A stretch of 62,668 nt of DNA from Macrostomum lignano (Eukaryota): positions 1 through 62,668 of the forward strand of contig NIVC01001559.1 of NCBI GenBank assembly GCA_002269645.1, in the 5' to 3' direction. Below the pieces are notes generated by a model. The model made no database searches, was not told the origin of the DNA, and saw only the letters and a program-made list of their open reading frames with translations. The position numbers and the translations under genes were made by a program. Positions 35,786-48,532 of the stretch are shown here, one piece after another. Numbering within the stretch: position 1 is the stretch's first letter; each line of letters starts with the position of its first letter.

Positions 35786-36515
35786 TAAGGATGTCGACCC
35801 CGGGGAGCTTGTCGGGGAATACTCCCCGGGGAATTAGACCGGGGACCCCGAGGAGAAAAAAAAGCATTTTTAACTTAATTTTTGCCATTTAAATAAGAAA
35901 ATGATTCACAGTAAAGCTGATTGAAACTCTGTCTATGCTTTTTTGCCGCATAACTGCTGTTTCAATGTATTATTTCAAACACAACATACGCTTGAATATT
36001 TTTTCACTACGAGTCTTTCAATCAAGCAAATTGCACGTAGAAACCCGTCAGGAAAAAAGAAGCCTCACTGACTACTGTGTTGGTCTGCGTTGACGGCTTG
36101 ACGCATTTGACGCAGGCACAGCGCTGCGTCCTGCGTCAGTCACTGTCGCACGCATACTCTCTATTAGACAAGGACAAAATGGTGATTTATCTGCAAGAAA
36201 TAAAAATTCCGATTATAAAAACAGTCTCATTCATTAATTATCCTCCCACAAGCGTAGCTGCTGAGCATGCATTTTCCGCCTCCTGAGTCTGGACTCTTTC
36301 TGACAAAGGTGTGCGCAGGATTTGGCAATGCCACGTTGTCAAATACAGTTTTAAATAAACATTCCATTGTTTAAAGCTTTTACCCTTGCGCCTTGAACAT
36401 GTAGTCCAAAGCTTAAATCAAAGTAAAAAAATACCACTTAAGATCTAAGTTATCCGCCGTTTCCCCGAGGTCCCCGGGGGATGATAGTAAATTACCCGGG
36501 GAATCGACATCCCTA
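35786..36515 (+). mobile_element. Internally deleted hAT element retaining a dimerization-domain remnant
   Basis: TIRs TAAGGATGTCGA / TCGACATCCCTA; exact 8-bp TSD GACATAAT; peptide PPTSVAAEHAFSAS at ~36243-36285 matches the hAT C-terminal PxTSVxxERxFS motif. Confidence 0.88.
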
Positions 36516-38209
36516 GACATAATGAAAATTCTTAGTAAAATTCATCAAATACGGGACGCAAGCCAGAATGCAACTATAATTCAGAACGCGCCCAGTTTTT
36601 CATCGCTGCTATCTACGCTTATAGCTCGTAGCTTAGTTAATTCAATTGTCAACCAAAATTTATGACCAGAAGCTCAAGGCTTGACATGGCTCATGCCTAC
36701 TTATTCTTTAGGAAATCATTTCTTAAGCATCTAGACACGATATATTTAATTTGCATAAAATGCGCTTTTGGGCATTATGTATTAAACAGTTTGTTAATCC
36801 GCACTATAGCAGAAGGCAAAGGCGGCGGGATAGCAGCGAGCAAAAGCAGCTTTGGTTTTCACTAATAATGTCAACCTTTAGTTATGTTATTCAACCGTGC
36901 AGAAGAGGCAGAGTTGGGGAGAGAAAGATGGCAACTGCATGACTAAGGATTTCTTTATAACTGGAACTAGGGAATAGAAAAATAAAAAAATCGCATATAT
37001 TAGGCCTCTGTTGGTAAGGAGGTTTCTCAACCAGATTCTAGTTATAGAGTAATCCTTGCACTGGCAAGGGTGGGCAGGCGTAGGAATTTTCGTCGCCGCC
37101 TCCCCGCACCAATAAAAAAATCTTCCCGACAAGGGGGGCGTCGCCGCCGCCCCACCCCCCCCCCACCCCAGGCTCGGAGGAGGGTTGGGGTTAACACACT
37201 TTACAGGCTTTAATAGCTATAGTTTTAGTCATACGACGCAGACGGCACCGACGCAGACACCCTCCATAACTACCTCCTTTACTTTAAAATTTTTTCTGCT
37301 ATCACACATCAAAGAGACCGCCGTATAATTTTATTATTGCCTTCCAAACTGTGTGCGGCTTTTATGCAAGCTACAAGCTTACACTGCCAAGTTGATTTAT
37401 GGTGATTCTCAAGTATTTTTTCAACAAATTTCACGGTTGAATAAGCCAAGCATAGGGCTGTTCTTGAGTCAGAATAATTTACATTACTTGTTCTGAGGTC
37501 TAGCCATCAAAGGTGCCGCACTACCGCAGTGCATCATTATTAATATGCTATTCTTGCCTTTGCTGCTTGTGCCGCCTTTCGCCGCAGCAAAACAAACGAT
37601 AGGCAGAAGCCACTGGAAGTTTCACTGTTTATCTGTTGGCTCTCTCACAAGATCAAAAGATTGCACATTCATTTATGCAGAGCTAATTTGAATTGGAGGC
37701 TGCGAGGTGAAGCTATAGACTCTAAATCAGCGAAATAAAGCGAATCAGATCGCTACCTGATTTCAAATTCAAATTTAATTATGTGCAAGAAAATGGCTTG
37801 CACTTATCAACAATAATCCGGTTGTTGAGGTCAGGCCAATCTACGTATCACGGAGGAGTTCTATTGCTTTAAGATATTAGTCTGATACCTGATGGAGTTC
37901 AATGGTGTTGGATTGACCATGTTTGTCGTCTGAGTCTTAGACTATTATAAAGTTAGAGAAGTAAATGAAGGGGAAAGACGGGAAAGTGACGGGGAAGTAT
38001 ACATACTTCTAATCTCATACTAGTAGCTATAGCCTATATTTTAGCATAGGTCTTACATGCCATTTGGTGGTTATTGTAGCTATAGGCGAATTGATGGAGC
38101 AAAACGCATATAGGATGGAAAGCGCGTTCTGTGCATTGGCACAAGGTATAATTGCATTGTAAAGTTATATAGAGATACGAGGCCAACTCCTCCGTTGGCG
38201 GAGTGAGGG

Positions 38210-39990
38210 GATAGAACTCCCATCGCCAGAATTTCATTCCCCGAAACCATCAGCTGAATCCAATGACACGAATCCCATCGTCCAAATCCTCTCCAAATCC
38301 TATATTAACCTCCCAAAAACCATGTTGTTTTACCTGTGTGCAAAAATTGACTGCCTGCCATCGTCCAGACTGAGACTCTCGTCTGTCTCCTCTCTCCTCT
38401 TTGCTCTCTCATCTCTAATCTCTCCTATGTCCTCTCTGCTCTCTCATCTCTAATCTCTCCTATCTCCTCTCTGCTCTCATCTCCTCGCTTATCTATCATT
38501 TCTCATGTCTACTCTCTTATCTCTCCTCACTACTTTCTCCTCTCAACTTTTTCCTCTCTCCTCTTTTATCTCTTCTCTCTCCTCTCCTTTATCTCCTCTC
38601 TGCTCTCTCATCTCTCTACTTTCTCCCCTCTCCTCTCTCCCTTATCCTCTTGCTTCTCTCTCCTCTCTCTCCCCTCATCTCTACTAATTTATCTCTTCTC
38701 TCTCGTCTTTTGGCTCTACTCCCTCTGTCTCCTCTTTCTCCTCTCTTACCCCTCTCCTCTCTCCTCTCAATTCCTTCATCTCTTCTCTCGCCTTTATTCT
38801 CTTTTTTTCTTTTCTCTAATCTGTCCCTTTTAATTCTCTCTTTTCATGTTCTCTTTCATCTAATCTTTTATCTACTCTAGCCTTTTCTCTTTTCTCTATT
38901 CCCTTTCAATTTAACCATTTCATCCTCTCCATGAAACAGCTATCATCAAAATCCTCTCCGTTAAACTGCAATCTAGCTTGTATCATCCTCCTTCAAGCTA
39001 CAATCCATCGATTTAAAAAATACTATCTCTATCAAATTTCAGTCAATCAAGACTATGAAACTGAAGTCTATAAAAATATGATTTTTACTTGTCTGGGTAT
39101 ACGTCAAAAAATCTTCCAAATCTTCCAAATCCTCCATAAAACCTCTGAAATATCATAGCATGTTTTCCCTGTTTACAAAAATTGACTGCCATCGTCCAGA
39201 CTGAGACTCTCTCCTGTCGCCTCTCTCCTCTTTGCTCCTTTATCTAATCTCTTCTTTCTGCTTCCTGCTCTCCATCTCCTCTCTCATCTCTACTCTTACT
39301 TTCTTATCAATCACCTCCCATCTCTCATCTCTCCCCTCTATTTTCTCATCTCTATTCTCTCATCTTTCCCCTTTTGCTCTCTCATTTGTTTTTTCATCTC
39401 TCTCTTCTCTCCCTTCTCTTCTCGCTTCGCTCTCTCCCCTCTTCTCTCTATCTCTTCTCTCCTGTCTTCTCTCAATTCTCTCTATCTCTCCTCTTCTCTC
39501 TCATCTCTCATCTCTACTCGCTTATCTATCGCCTCTCCTCTACCCTGTCCTCTCTCTCTCCTCTTTTTTCTCTCTCGTCTCTCCTCTCTGCTCTCAATTC
39601 TCATACTCCTATTTTCTCTCTTACCCTCTCCCTCTTCATCTCTCATCTTTCCCCTCTTCTCTCTACCGTCTCCTGTCTCATCTCTCCTCTCTCTTCTCTC
39701 TCCTCTGTACTATCTTATCCCTCCTCTCTCCTCCCATCTTTCCTCCCTCCTTTGCTCTCTCATTTTCCTCTCTCCCCTCCTTTCTTCCCTCTACTTTCTC
39801 TTCTCTTCGCTCTCCCTCTTCATCATTCCCGCCTCACTCCCCTCTTCTCTCCCCTCTGGCTCTGTCGTCTTTAATCTCTTATCTCTCATATCTACTGTCT
39901 TTCTATCATCTTTCTATCCTCTCTTCTCCTTGAAATCTCTCTTCTCTTTACTCTCTTATCTGACGGACTGAAAGCGCCGATAATCAAACC
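38210..39990. repeat. Two tandem copies of a repeat head, each followed by a 0.5-0.7-kb CT-rich tract
   Basis: CAAAAATTGACTGCC...ATCGTCCAGACTGAGACTCTC at ~38341 and ~39176, each running into polypyrimidine low-complexity DNA. Confidence 0.7.
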
Positions 39991-40855
39991 AATTGAAATT
40001 TGTTACCAGCCTCCTCCATTACTGAATTTACTCAAATGATAGCTGGCCTGAATTTGTGTACTCAACCCCCCCCCAACTACAATCTTGGCAGAAATTTTAA
40101 AAGTATGGAATCGTTTTTTCAATGCTGTGCTTTTTGTTTTCATATTTAAAGCAAATAACTTATATCCCCGAATTCAGCGTTGCAAGATCCTTCCAGCAAT
40201 ATAAGTCTCTCCTCTCAAAGTTAAAAAAAAGGAACAGTTAACGTCTGAACTTCCCGGTTCAAAGCATTAAGTATCGAGTGTACATTCACCTGCCTGCTGT
40301 TTATTCATTGAATTTCACTGCCCAGCTAATATACAGACAGGCTGCCTTTTGAAAGGCGCCGATAGTAAAACCAATTGAATCTCGACACAGTCCTATCTAT
40401 CTGTTTACAATGTACATTGCTATGTACACTCAGCCCAAACCAACCCTCCGTTCTGGAGGGAAGCATTAAATTTAACTGAACCCCCAACACGCGGGGTTTT
40501 ATTAGCATTGAACCCAGAACACGCATCAACCACCCCTCCAATACACAGCGACCTGCGGGGGAGGTTGGGGTGGTTGTTTTTACAATAATGCCACTGGAGA
40601 GGCAAAGTGGCCAAAGAAGGTTAAGAAAACAGCTTTTTGCTTTTTTAACGGACTTGACTTTTAATTTTTCAACATTAAAATAGCCTATTTGTTGCGTAGG
40701 AAAATTCTGAATTGATATATGTAAGTCCCGCATTTGAGTTGCCAGCCGTCTAGGAGGAGATACGCGTTAAACCCGGCCGGTCGATCGACCCACTCAGCTT
40801 TAGATATAAGATTAAACCCGGCCGGTCGATCGACCCACTCAGCTTTAGAGAAGAG

Positions 40856-43800
40856 TGTTGCAATGTTATTCCAATGTACCTAGTTTCTAGAAGTTTCCTT
40901 TCCCCTTCGCGCATTCTATACGAGTAAAATTTCCAAATTAAGTAAAAGAAATTTCTGCATTTTTCTTCGAATTTCCATAACAAAATATTTCTACGCGGAA
41001 CCTTTACATATCTTATAGTTTAATTATTAGCCATATTCTTATTCAACGCATTTATCCGTATTAGCTACAGTTTACATTATAATGTTGTATCTTTGTTATA
41101 ATTCTAAAGAAATTTCCAGAACACCGTTAATTTTGCTATAAATATACACCAGGCAAACCCAGCTAATAAGCAAGTGTTTTTCCGGTAATCTCGATTATCG
41201 ATAATAAATAACTGAACCACCGCTTTCAAGCCTCATTTATTTTTCAGACCCGCTACAACTGGTCCGGTGAGGCGGATAAATTGACTAGCATTTAATTCAG
41301 ACCATTCAATTCATTCAGCGTGTACGATCCAATGGCGGAAGGAAGCACCAACACACCATCCGTGGTCAGCCAGCAGCCCTCCGGGGTCAGCCAGCAGCCC
41401 TCTGGGGTCAGCCAGCAGCCCACACAAGGAGCGAGTGTCGCGGCGGCACCTGCCGACCCGCCTGCGGTAGCTGCGGTAGCCCTTAAAGTACCGCCATTCT
41501 TTCGTGGCAACCCCGATGCATGGTTTCGGATGTTGGACGCTCAGTTCGACCTTCGAAACATCACCTCCGAGGTATCGCGGTTCAACCACCTGATCTGTCA
41601 TCTACCGGAGGATATCGCAGCTGTTTTATTGTCTGTGGACACTCCGTCCAACTATACCGCACTGAAGCAAGCCGTACTGAAGATGCTTCAGAAGAGTCAG
41701 CAAGAGCGAATTAACGAGGTCATGAGCGTCTCTGACCTGGGAGGAGACAAACCCAGCATCTTCATACAGCGGCTGCAGGCCAAGATGGCTCAATGCAATA
41801 TCAAGGAGAACCCAGACATGGTCAAGGCCACGCTTCTCCGCTGCCTCCCGGCAGAGCTACGCCTTCATCTGTCCGGTTTTCAGGACGAAGATCCAGCACG
41901 GCTCGCTTCCATCGCGGACTCCATGCTGGCTATTCAGCAGTCATCTGGCCACCGCGTCCACGCAGTTCAGAGTACGGCAGGCGACTCAAAGACATCGGGG
42001 CCACGGCAGAAGTCACAGCTGACATCCAGCATGGAACCCTTCTACCCAGGCCAAAAACCAGTAGTCTTGGTCGACTGCAAAGCTCGACAGCTGGTGGATC
42101 CGACAACTACATTCCATACTCCACCGCTGCCTGTCACTACGACGACCATCGGCAACTTCAGCGTCACTCCGAACTACCCCGACGACTGCGATCCACGCGT
42201 CAGGCGGCTGATCGACCGATTTCAGGATACCTTTACCTACGTGGAGGGAGGTCGGCTGCCGCCGGCGGACGTGATCAAGCACGACACTGTTCATAGGGTC
42301 GACACCGGCGGACATCAGCCAGTGCACGCCAGAGCGCGTCAGCTTCATCCGGAGAAACTTCGCATCGCTCGCGAAGAATTCCAGCAACTCATCGATGCCG
42401 GGTACATCCGTCCATCCAAGAGTTCATGGGCTTCGCCACTCCACATGGTTCCGAAGAAATCAGACGGCAAACCATCTGGCAAGTGGCGACCGTGCGGCGA
42501 CTACCGAGCGCTCAACAGCGCTACCAAGCCAGACAGCTACCCGGTCCCACACATCCAGAGTTTCACGCGTTATCTCCATGGCGCGACGTTGTTCAGCAAG
42601 CTCGATCTGGTTCGCGCTTACCATCAGATCCCCATCGCGGAAGAGGACATCGCCAAGACTGCCATCATCACGCCGTTTGGCCTCTTTGAGTGGACTAGGA
42701 TGCCATTCGGACTTCGCAACGCCGCGCAGACCTTCCAGCGCTTCATCGACTCCGTCCTGCGCGGCCTGCCTTGCGTCATCGCCTACTTGGATGACCTTCT
42801 GGTCTACTCGAGGTCGGAGGAGGAGCATCTCCAACATCTAGAAGCCGTGTTGACCCGCCTAGCTCATCACGGCTTGAAGGTTCAGCTCAGCAAGTGTGTT
42901 TTCCTTAAGAGCGAAGTCACCTTTCTCGGCCACCACGTTTCCGCCGACGGAATCCGACCTCTCGAAACGAGGGTCGAGACCATCAAAAACTGGCCGGTTC
43001 CCCGCGACGCTGCTGCCCTGCGACGTTTCCTCGGCGTGATCGGTTTCTACCGACGTTTCATCTCCGGTTTCGCATCCACCGCAGCCCCATTGCAGGATCT
43101 GCTCACCGTAGCACTACGGTCTCCTCGATCCTACCAATGGAGCGACATCCACCAAGCCGCATTCGACGACCTCAAGAAGAAGCTCGCCGAGCGTCTCCTG
43201 CTGTACCACCCCGATCCAGACTGCTCGGCCTATCAGCTGGTCACGGATGCCTCTGCTACCAGCGTCGGAGCCGCATTGCATCAGACAGTCGGAGAGCAGA
43301 CCACCTTGATCGGCATGTTCAGCAAGAAGCTCTCTGCCGCCCAGCGAGCCTATTCAGCATTTGATCGAGAGCTACTAGCCGCTTACCTTGCCGTGCTTCA
43401 CTTCCGGAACCTGATCGAGGGCAGGCACGTCACGGTCTTCACAGATCACAAGCCTCTTGAGCAGGCATTCCGACACAACTCCCACGGCAACTCTGACCGC
43501 AACCAGCGCTACATGAGCATCCTGTCTGAGTACGTCACCGACTTTCAATATATCCGTGGCTCGGACAACGTCGTCGCCGATGCACTTTCCAGACTCGACG
43601 AACCGACCGCCATCGCAGCCATTCAGCAGGGAGCAGCGCCAACTGACCTGTCAGCAATCGCCGATCAGCAAGCCGCCGACAACCTCTCCGAATCAGACCA
43701 TTGCCGCTTCTTTTCACTTGGAGACGGCCGTCGCGTACTCTGCGAGACCTCCACGGGTTACCCTCGCCCGGTCGTCCCCATCTCCATGCGCGAATCACTG

Positions 43801-45554
43801 CTGAAACATTTTCACGAACTCGGTCACTACGGATTCCGCAGGACCGCCAAACTGATCATCAGCCGCTACTACTGGACCGGCATGCGCGCAGAGATCAAGG
43901 TCTTTTGCAGGTCATGCGAGGTTTGTCAGCGCACCAAGATAGACCGCCACACGACGGCCGGCAGCGCTGCCTTCAACCTCCCATCCAACAGGTTCGAGAC
44001 GGTACACATCGACATCGTCGGCCCTCTTCCAGTTCCCGAAAGGAAACATGATACTCAGTGCGGTCTTACACCTCGTTATCTCCTTACCATGATTGACCGC
44101 AACACGGGCTGGCTAGAGGCCGCACCACTCGAGACCGTCACAGCACAAAGCGTGGGAGCAGCCTTCATCGCTTCCTGGATTTCTCGCTTCGGAGTGCCCC
44201 TGTACGTCATCACTGATAGAGGACCACAGTTCGAGTCCGAGCTCTTCGAGACACTCTCGTCCACCGTGGGTTTTCACCGCCTACGCACCACGGCGTACCA
44301 CCCACAGTGCAACGGGAAGATCGAGCGCGCCCACAGGACTCTGAAGACGATGCTTAAGGCGCGCGGTCCTGCATGGCTCGACAACCTCCCATTGGCACTC
44401 CTCGCCATGCATGTCGCTCCGGACGATTCAGGCATCAGCCCATTTACCAGGCTCACCGGCGAGCATCCGATGCTTCCACGGGTCATCGTCAGCGACAAAG
44501 ATCCTAACTCCATTCAGATGAGCTTAGACCACCTCTTGGAGCAGCGACCAAGAATGCCGTCCACCACACCGCATGTGCCTCAGGAGCTATGGTCGACCGG
44601 CAAGGTTTGGGTCCGCGTGGACAGGGTGAGGAAGCCGTTGGAAGCGCCGTACTCCGGACCATACCCAGTCATTCGGCGCACTCCCAAGTTTTTCATCATC
44701 GAGTTCCGCCCTGGTCACGAAGAAGCCATCTCCATCGACAGGCTCAAACCCTGCAGGTCGACCCCAAGGCCACCGACACAGAGCAGGCCTAGGCAGACCG
44801 TACAGCCGACTTCAGGGCAGGAAGAAACCTCTACACCAGCAGGACACCAGGACGACACGGAGGCCACACCAACATCCACTACAGCGAATACACCGAAAGT
44901 CGACGAGGAGGCACCGACGACCCGAACAAGAAGTGGACGACGCGTCCGATTTAAAGCCCAAGATGACTACCTTTACTTCTGACATCACCTGACCTCATCT
45001 GTATCATAGTCGCATCTTGCTATCCATTCGTTACAGACTTTGGACCCGACCGTCGACATCTTCAGTGTATATAGCCCATTCGGTCATTAATTTGTACATA
45101 CTGCGCGATCATCATTCTATCTAGGGACTCCGTCTCCGGTGGGGGGGACTATTGTTGCAATGTTATTCCAATGTACCTAGTTTCTAGAAGTTTCCTTTCC
45201 CCTTCGCGCATTCTATACGAGTAAAATTTCCAAATTAAGTAAAAGAAATTTCTGCATTTTTCTTCGAATTTCCATAACAAAATATTTCTACGCGGAACCT
45301 TTACATATCTTATAGTTTAATTATTAGCCATATTCTTATTCAACGCATTTATCCGTATTAGCTACAGTTTACATTATAATGTTGTATCTTTGTTATAATT
45401 CTAAATAAATTTCCAGAACACCGTTAATTTTGCTATAAATATACACCAGGCAAACCCAGCTAATAAGCAAGTGTTTTTCCGGTAATCTCGATTATCGATA
45501 ATAAATAATTGAACCACCGCTTTCAAGCCTCATTTATTTTTCAGACCCGCTACA
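40856..45554 (+). mobile_element. Ty3/Gypsy LTR retrotransposon, CsRn1-like clade, young, protease-less
   Basis: 402-bp LTRs 40856-41257 and 45153-45554 (TG...CA; 2 mismatches found by eye); PBS TGGTCCGGTGAGG at ~41260 (tRNA-Tyr-like 3' end, tentative); PPT GGTGGGGGGGACTAT before the 3' LTR. Confidence 0.95.
41332..44982 (+). CDS. Single gag-pol ORF (1216 aa from ATG): Gag, RT, RNase H, integrase, GPY/F; no protease
   Basis: Gag [15 protein letters not shown]; [31 protein letters not shown]; RNase H LVTDAS...[10 protein letters not shown]; integrase HELGH...[31 protein letters not shown]; GPYPV...ISIDRLKP. No D[TS]G motif between Gag and RT. Confidence 0.95.
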   Translation: MAEGSTNTPSVVSQQPSGVSQQPSGVSQQPTQGASVAAAPADPPAVAAVALKVPPFFRGNPDAWFRMLDAQFDLRNITSEVSRFNHLICHLPEDIAAVLLSVDTPSNYTALKQAVLKMLQKSQQERINEVMSVSDLGGDKPSIFIQRLQAKMAQCNIKENPDMVKATLLRCLPAELRLHLSGFQDEDPARLASIADSMLAIQQSSGHRVHAVQSTAGDSKTSGPRQKSQLTSSMEPFYPGQKPVVLVDCKARQLVDPTTTFHTPPLPVTTTTIGNFSVTPNYPDDCDPRVRRLIDRFQDTFTYVEGGRLPPADVIKHDTVHRVDTGGHQPVHARARQLHPEKLRIAREEFQQLIDAGYIRPSKSSWASPLHMVPKKSDGKPSGKWRPCGDYRALNSATKPDSYPVPHIQSFTRYLHGATLFSKLDLVRAYHQIPIAEEDIAKTAIITPFGLFEWTRMPFGLRNAAQTFQRFIDSVLRGLPCVIAYLDDLLVYSRSEEEHLQHLEAVLTRLAHHGLKVQLSKCVFLKSEVTFLGHHVSADGIRPLETRVETIKNWPVPRDAAALRRFLGVIGFYRRFISGFASTAAPLQDLLTVALRSPRSYQWSDIHQAAFDDLKKKLAERLLLYHPDPDCSAYQLVTDASATSVGAALHQTVGEQTTLIGMFSKKLSAAQRAYSAFDRELLAAYLAVLHFRNLIEGRHVTVFTDHKPLEQAFRHNSHGNSDRNQRYMSILSEYVTDFQYIRGSDNVVADALSRLDEPTAIAAIQQGAAPTDLSAIADQQAADNLSESDHCRFFSLGDGRRVLCETSTGYPRPVVPISMRESLLKHFHELGHYGFRRTAKLIISRYYWTGMRAEIKVFCRSCEVCQRTKIDRHTTAGSAAFNLPSNRFETVHIDIVGPLPVPERKHDTQCGLTPRYLLTMIDRNTGWLEAAPLETVTAQSVGAAFIASWISRFGVPLYVITDRGPQFESELFETLSSTVGFHRLRTTAYHPQCNGKIERAHRTLKTMLKARGPAWLDNLPLALLAMHVAPDDSGISPFTRLTGEHPMLPRVIVSDKDPNSIQMSLDHLLEQRPRMPSTTPHVPQELWSTGKVWVRVDRVRKPLEAPYSGPYPVIRRTPKFFIIEFRPGHEEAISIDRLKPCRSTPRPPTQSRPRQTVQPTSGQEETSTPAGHQDDTEATPTSTTANTPKVDEEAPTTRTRSGRRVRFKAQDDYLYF

Positions 45555-45902
45555 ATAGAAGGGTGCATTTTCATGAAAACACAATACAAGGTGTTGCACT
45601 GAGAGCACTGAGGAAACACTACGAGTATAGGGCTGCCACACCGTGGAAGCAACACACTAGGGGAACGTAGGGGTGCCGCATTGAGGGTACAACAAAGGGA
45701 GCGCGACACTGGGCTTAGGAGGTAGCTCTCCTTAAGACAGCTGTCTCTGGGGGCGCAAATCAGGTGAGTCAAAATTACGGTAGGGCGCAAGACCCCTAAG
45801 CCGTGGATCCTCCCTAGGAAAAGACTGTCTACAATGCAATATTTAACAGACAATGAAGAGCAAATGCTGTTTAGACTTTATGAGATATCTTTGAAACGAC
45901 TA

Positions 45903-48532
45903 CTAATCTTCCACGTTGATTCGTTGCCCAAGGCAGCTGCATGAGTTGCACAGAGGCCGCAGCCAAAGCCAGATTCGAGTCGCTATTGGTCTTGGCCGTT
46001 GATGCTCTTCATATTGATCGTCATGCTGTAGTTGAAACTGCCTTTGATGACCGCGTCTGCTGAGCTGCCAGTTGACTGCTTCTGCGTTCATGACCGAAGG
46101 CAGACTGTCGTAACCGCGCAGCAACGACTGCCGCTGGGCTTCGTCTTCCGCTGGCTCATCTATGACGTTAGCCAAGCCGTCAGGCGAGTCTTCCTGAGCT
46201 AGCGGTAGGCCGGAGCCACCGCCAGCGCTACAAACAGTTTGAGAGTCTTTATCAGTTCAGGTGGTCAAACAGGTGCTTTCGTCACAAAGCTTCATTTTCG
46301 CAACGTCTAGACCTAACCGACTAGCATCCATGCACTTTCATAAACCTTAAGGCTTTCAGAGAGTCGACTAGCATGATCAAACTAATAGAACGCTGCTATA
46401 GCAAATAGAATGCTTTTCGTTTTGTGAAATTAAGTTAGAATGACTGGGGATTTATGAAATTTATGGTTTTCAACCCCATTCCGGAAAAGACTTGTAAATT
46501 TACGAGCATGTAATACATGGTTAGTGCTTGTGAAACAATTACCCTATCTCAGACTCACCAGGTTGGTGTCACGCGGTTCAGCTGTTGGTCACTTGGCTCG
46601 TCAAACAACGCGTCTGGTACCAGGTCTTGCGTATCAGGACAGTCGGGCAATTGCAAACCCTCGGCCGAAGCAGATGATGCAGTGGCGGCGCTAGTCGACG
46701 ATACGGAGCTGCTCTGAGCGCTTTTTGTCGCTGTATTCTGGTCAGTTTGTTCCATTCCGTCTTGTCTACAATACAAGACAAGTTATATGATAAATTATTT
46801 TGATAGCTAAAGAGAAAGTATTCAATTCGAGAGAACCCCTAAAAAATTAACAGCAATTTTTTTACCCTTTTGCAATCTGCGTTAGGCTTGAACTCAGCTG
46901 CTGCTGCTTCTCTGGGTGCGGCAACGAACGCTGTTCAAAGTGTTCAACCCGAGCGACAACCAACTCTGGGTGTTGGTTGGAATTGATGGGTTTTGGCAAC
47001 TGCTCCGATTTCAGCTTAATCCCAGCTACTTCGGGACTGTTGCTGGAAGTTTCGTCAGCACCCTTCCGTGAAGCAGGTGGCCGTTCATCTCTTTCAGTTA
47101 TTTTCAGTTGTTTCGCATTCGGCACGCTGGAAGAGTGATTGAGTTTCAAAACTGGATGGCTAGAATCTACAGATGTTGATGAGCTGCTTGACGTTTCGTT
47201 CGTAAGTATGATGCAACTAATCTCTGGGCGTGGGCAATCCCCTTCGATTGCTGAAACATCTCCACTCGGGTTTGGTACATCGACCAACTCAGGCGCAGCC
47301 TCCTCTGCCTGGTACTCTGTTCTTGAAACTGTAGTGGTCGGATCTTGCGAAACTGAAGCCGCTTCTTGATTAAGTTCCATTCTGGCTGCAGAACTCTGAG
47401 TTGCCAAACATTTTGGCTGCTCCTCCACCTCAACTTCGATGCACGGTGCAGAACTCCGAGCTAACGAATGGTCAGGCTCCTCCATTTGGTGCTCGATGCC
47501 CGGTGCAGAGCTCCGAGCTAACGAATGGTCAGTCTCCTCCATTTGGTGCTCGATGCCCCGTGCAGAGCTCCGAGCTAACGAATGGTCAGGCTGCTTCATT
47601 TGGTGCTCGATGCCCGGTGCAGAACTCCGAGCTAAAGAATGGTCAGTCTCCTCCATTTGGTCCTCGATGCCCGGTGCAGAACTCCGAGCTAACGAATGGT
47701 CAGTCTCCTCCATTTGGTCCTCGATGCCCCGTGCAGAGCTCCGAGCTAAAGAATGGTCAGTCTCCTCCATTTGGTCCTCGATGCCCGGTGCAGAGCTCCG
47801 AGCTAACGAATGGTCAGTCTCCTCCATTTGGTGCTCGATGCCCGGTGCAGAACTCCGAGCTAACGAATGGTAAGTCTCCTCCATTTGGTGCTCGATGCCC
47901 GGTGCAGAACTCCGAGCTAACGAATGGTAAGTCTCCTCCATTTGGTGCTCGATGCCCGGTGCAGAGCTCCGAGCTAACGAATGGTCAGTCTCCTCCATTT
48001 GGTGCTCGATGCCCGGTGCAGAGCTCCGAGCTAACGAATAGTCAGTCTCCTCCATTTGGTGCTCGATGCCCGGTGCAGAACTCCGAGCTAACGAATGGTC
48101 AGTCTCCTCCATTTGCTGCTCGATGCCCGGTGCAGAGCTCCGAGCTAACGAATGGTCAGTCTCCTCCATTTGGTGCTCGATGCCCGGTGCAGAACTCCGA
48201 GCTAACGAATGGTCAGTCTCCTCCATTTGGTCCTCGATGCCCGGAGCAGAACTCCGAGCTAAAGAACGGTCAGTCTCCTCCATTTGGTCCTCGATGCCCC
48301 GTGCAGAGCTCCGAGCTAACGAATGGTCAGTCTCCTCCATTTGGTGCTCGATGCCCGGTGCAGAACTTTGAGCAATGGGCTCTGGTATTGCGGATTCGCC
48401 CGTCTCGAGGCTGTAGGTAACAATATCTTGCACTGAACGGGACAGAGAGGTTATGGACTGTGCCGGCGAGGCCTGCTGTGAGGTGCTAACTCTTCCAGGG
48501 AAATAATCCTCTTCTCCACCGCCCTCGGCCAT
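45903..48532 (-). CDS. Orphan gene O2: ~732-aa paralog of O1 with 16 x 19-aa internal repeats
   Basis: complement(join(45903..46227,46559..46765,46866..48532)); both introns phase 2 as in O1; 2199 nt open; shared N-terminus (MAEG...SL.RS.QD....LET) and C-terminus (LRPLCNSCSCLG). Confidence 0.78.
47446..48365 (-). repeat. 57-bp coding tandem repeat, ~16 copies (SSAPGIEHQMEETDHSLAR)
   Basis: Period 57 nt, in frame with O2 exon 1. Confidence 0.95.

Larger units (their letters stand above)
40720..45833. mobile_element. Putative solo LTR of another family (40720-40855 plus 45555-45833), split by the Gypsy insertion
   Basis: The GC-richer block begins TGTAAG at 40720 and ends TCTACA at 45833; joined length ~415 bp; flanks ATATA/ATGCA do not form a clean TSD. 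Confidence 0.35.

Noticed and set aside
41332-41350. Gag starts MAEGS like orphan O1, suggesting a domesticated Gag origin
   Set aside because: Similarity stops after 5 common residues; O1/O2 show no capsid-like motifs.
42013-44792. Overlapping alternative-frame and antisense ORFs in pol
   Set aside because: Expected in GC-rich coding DNA; no recognisable motifs.
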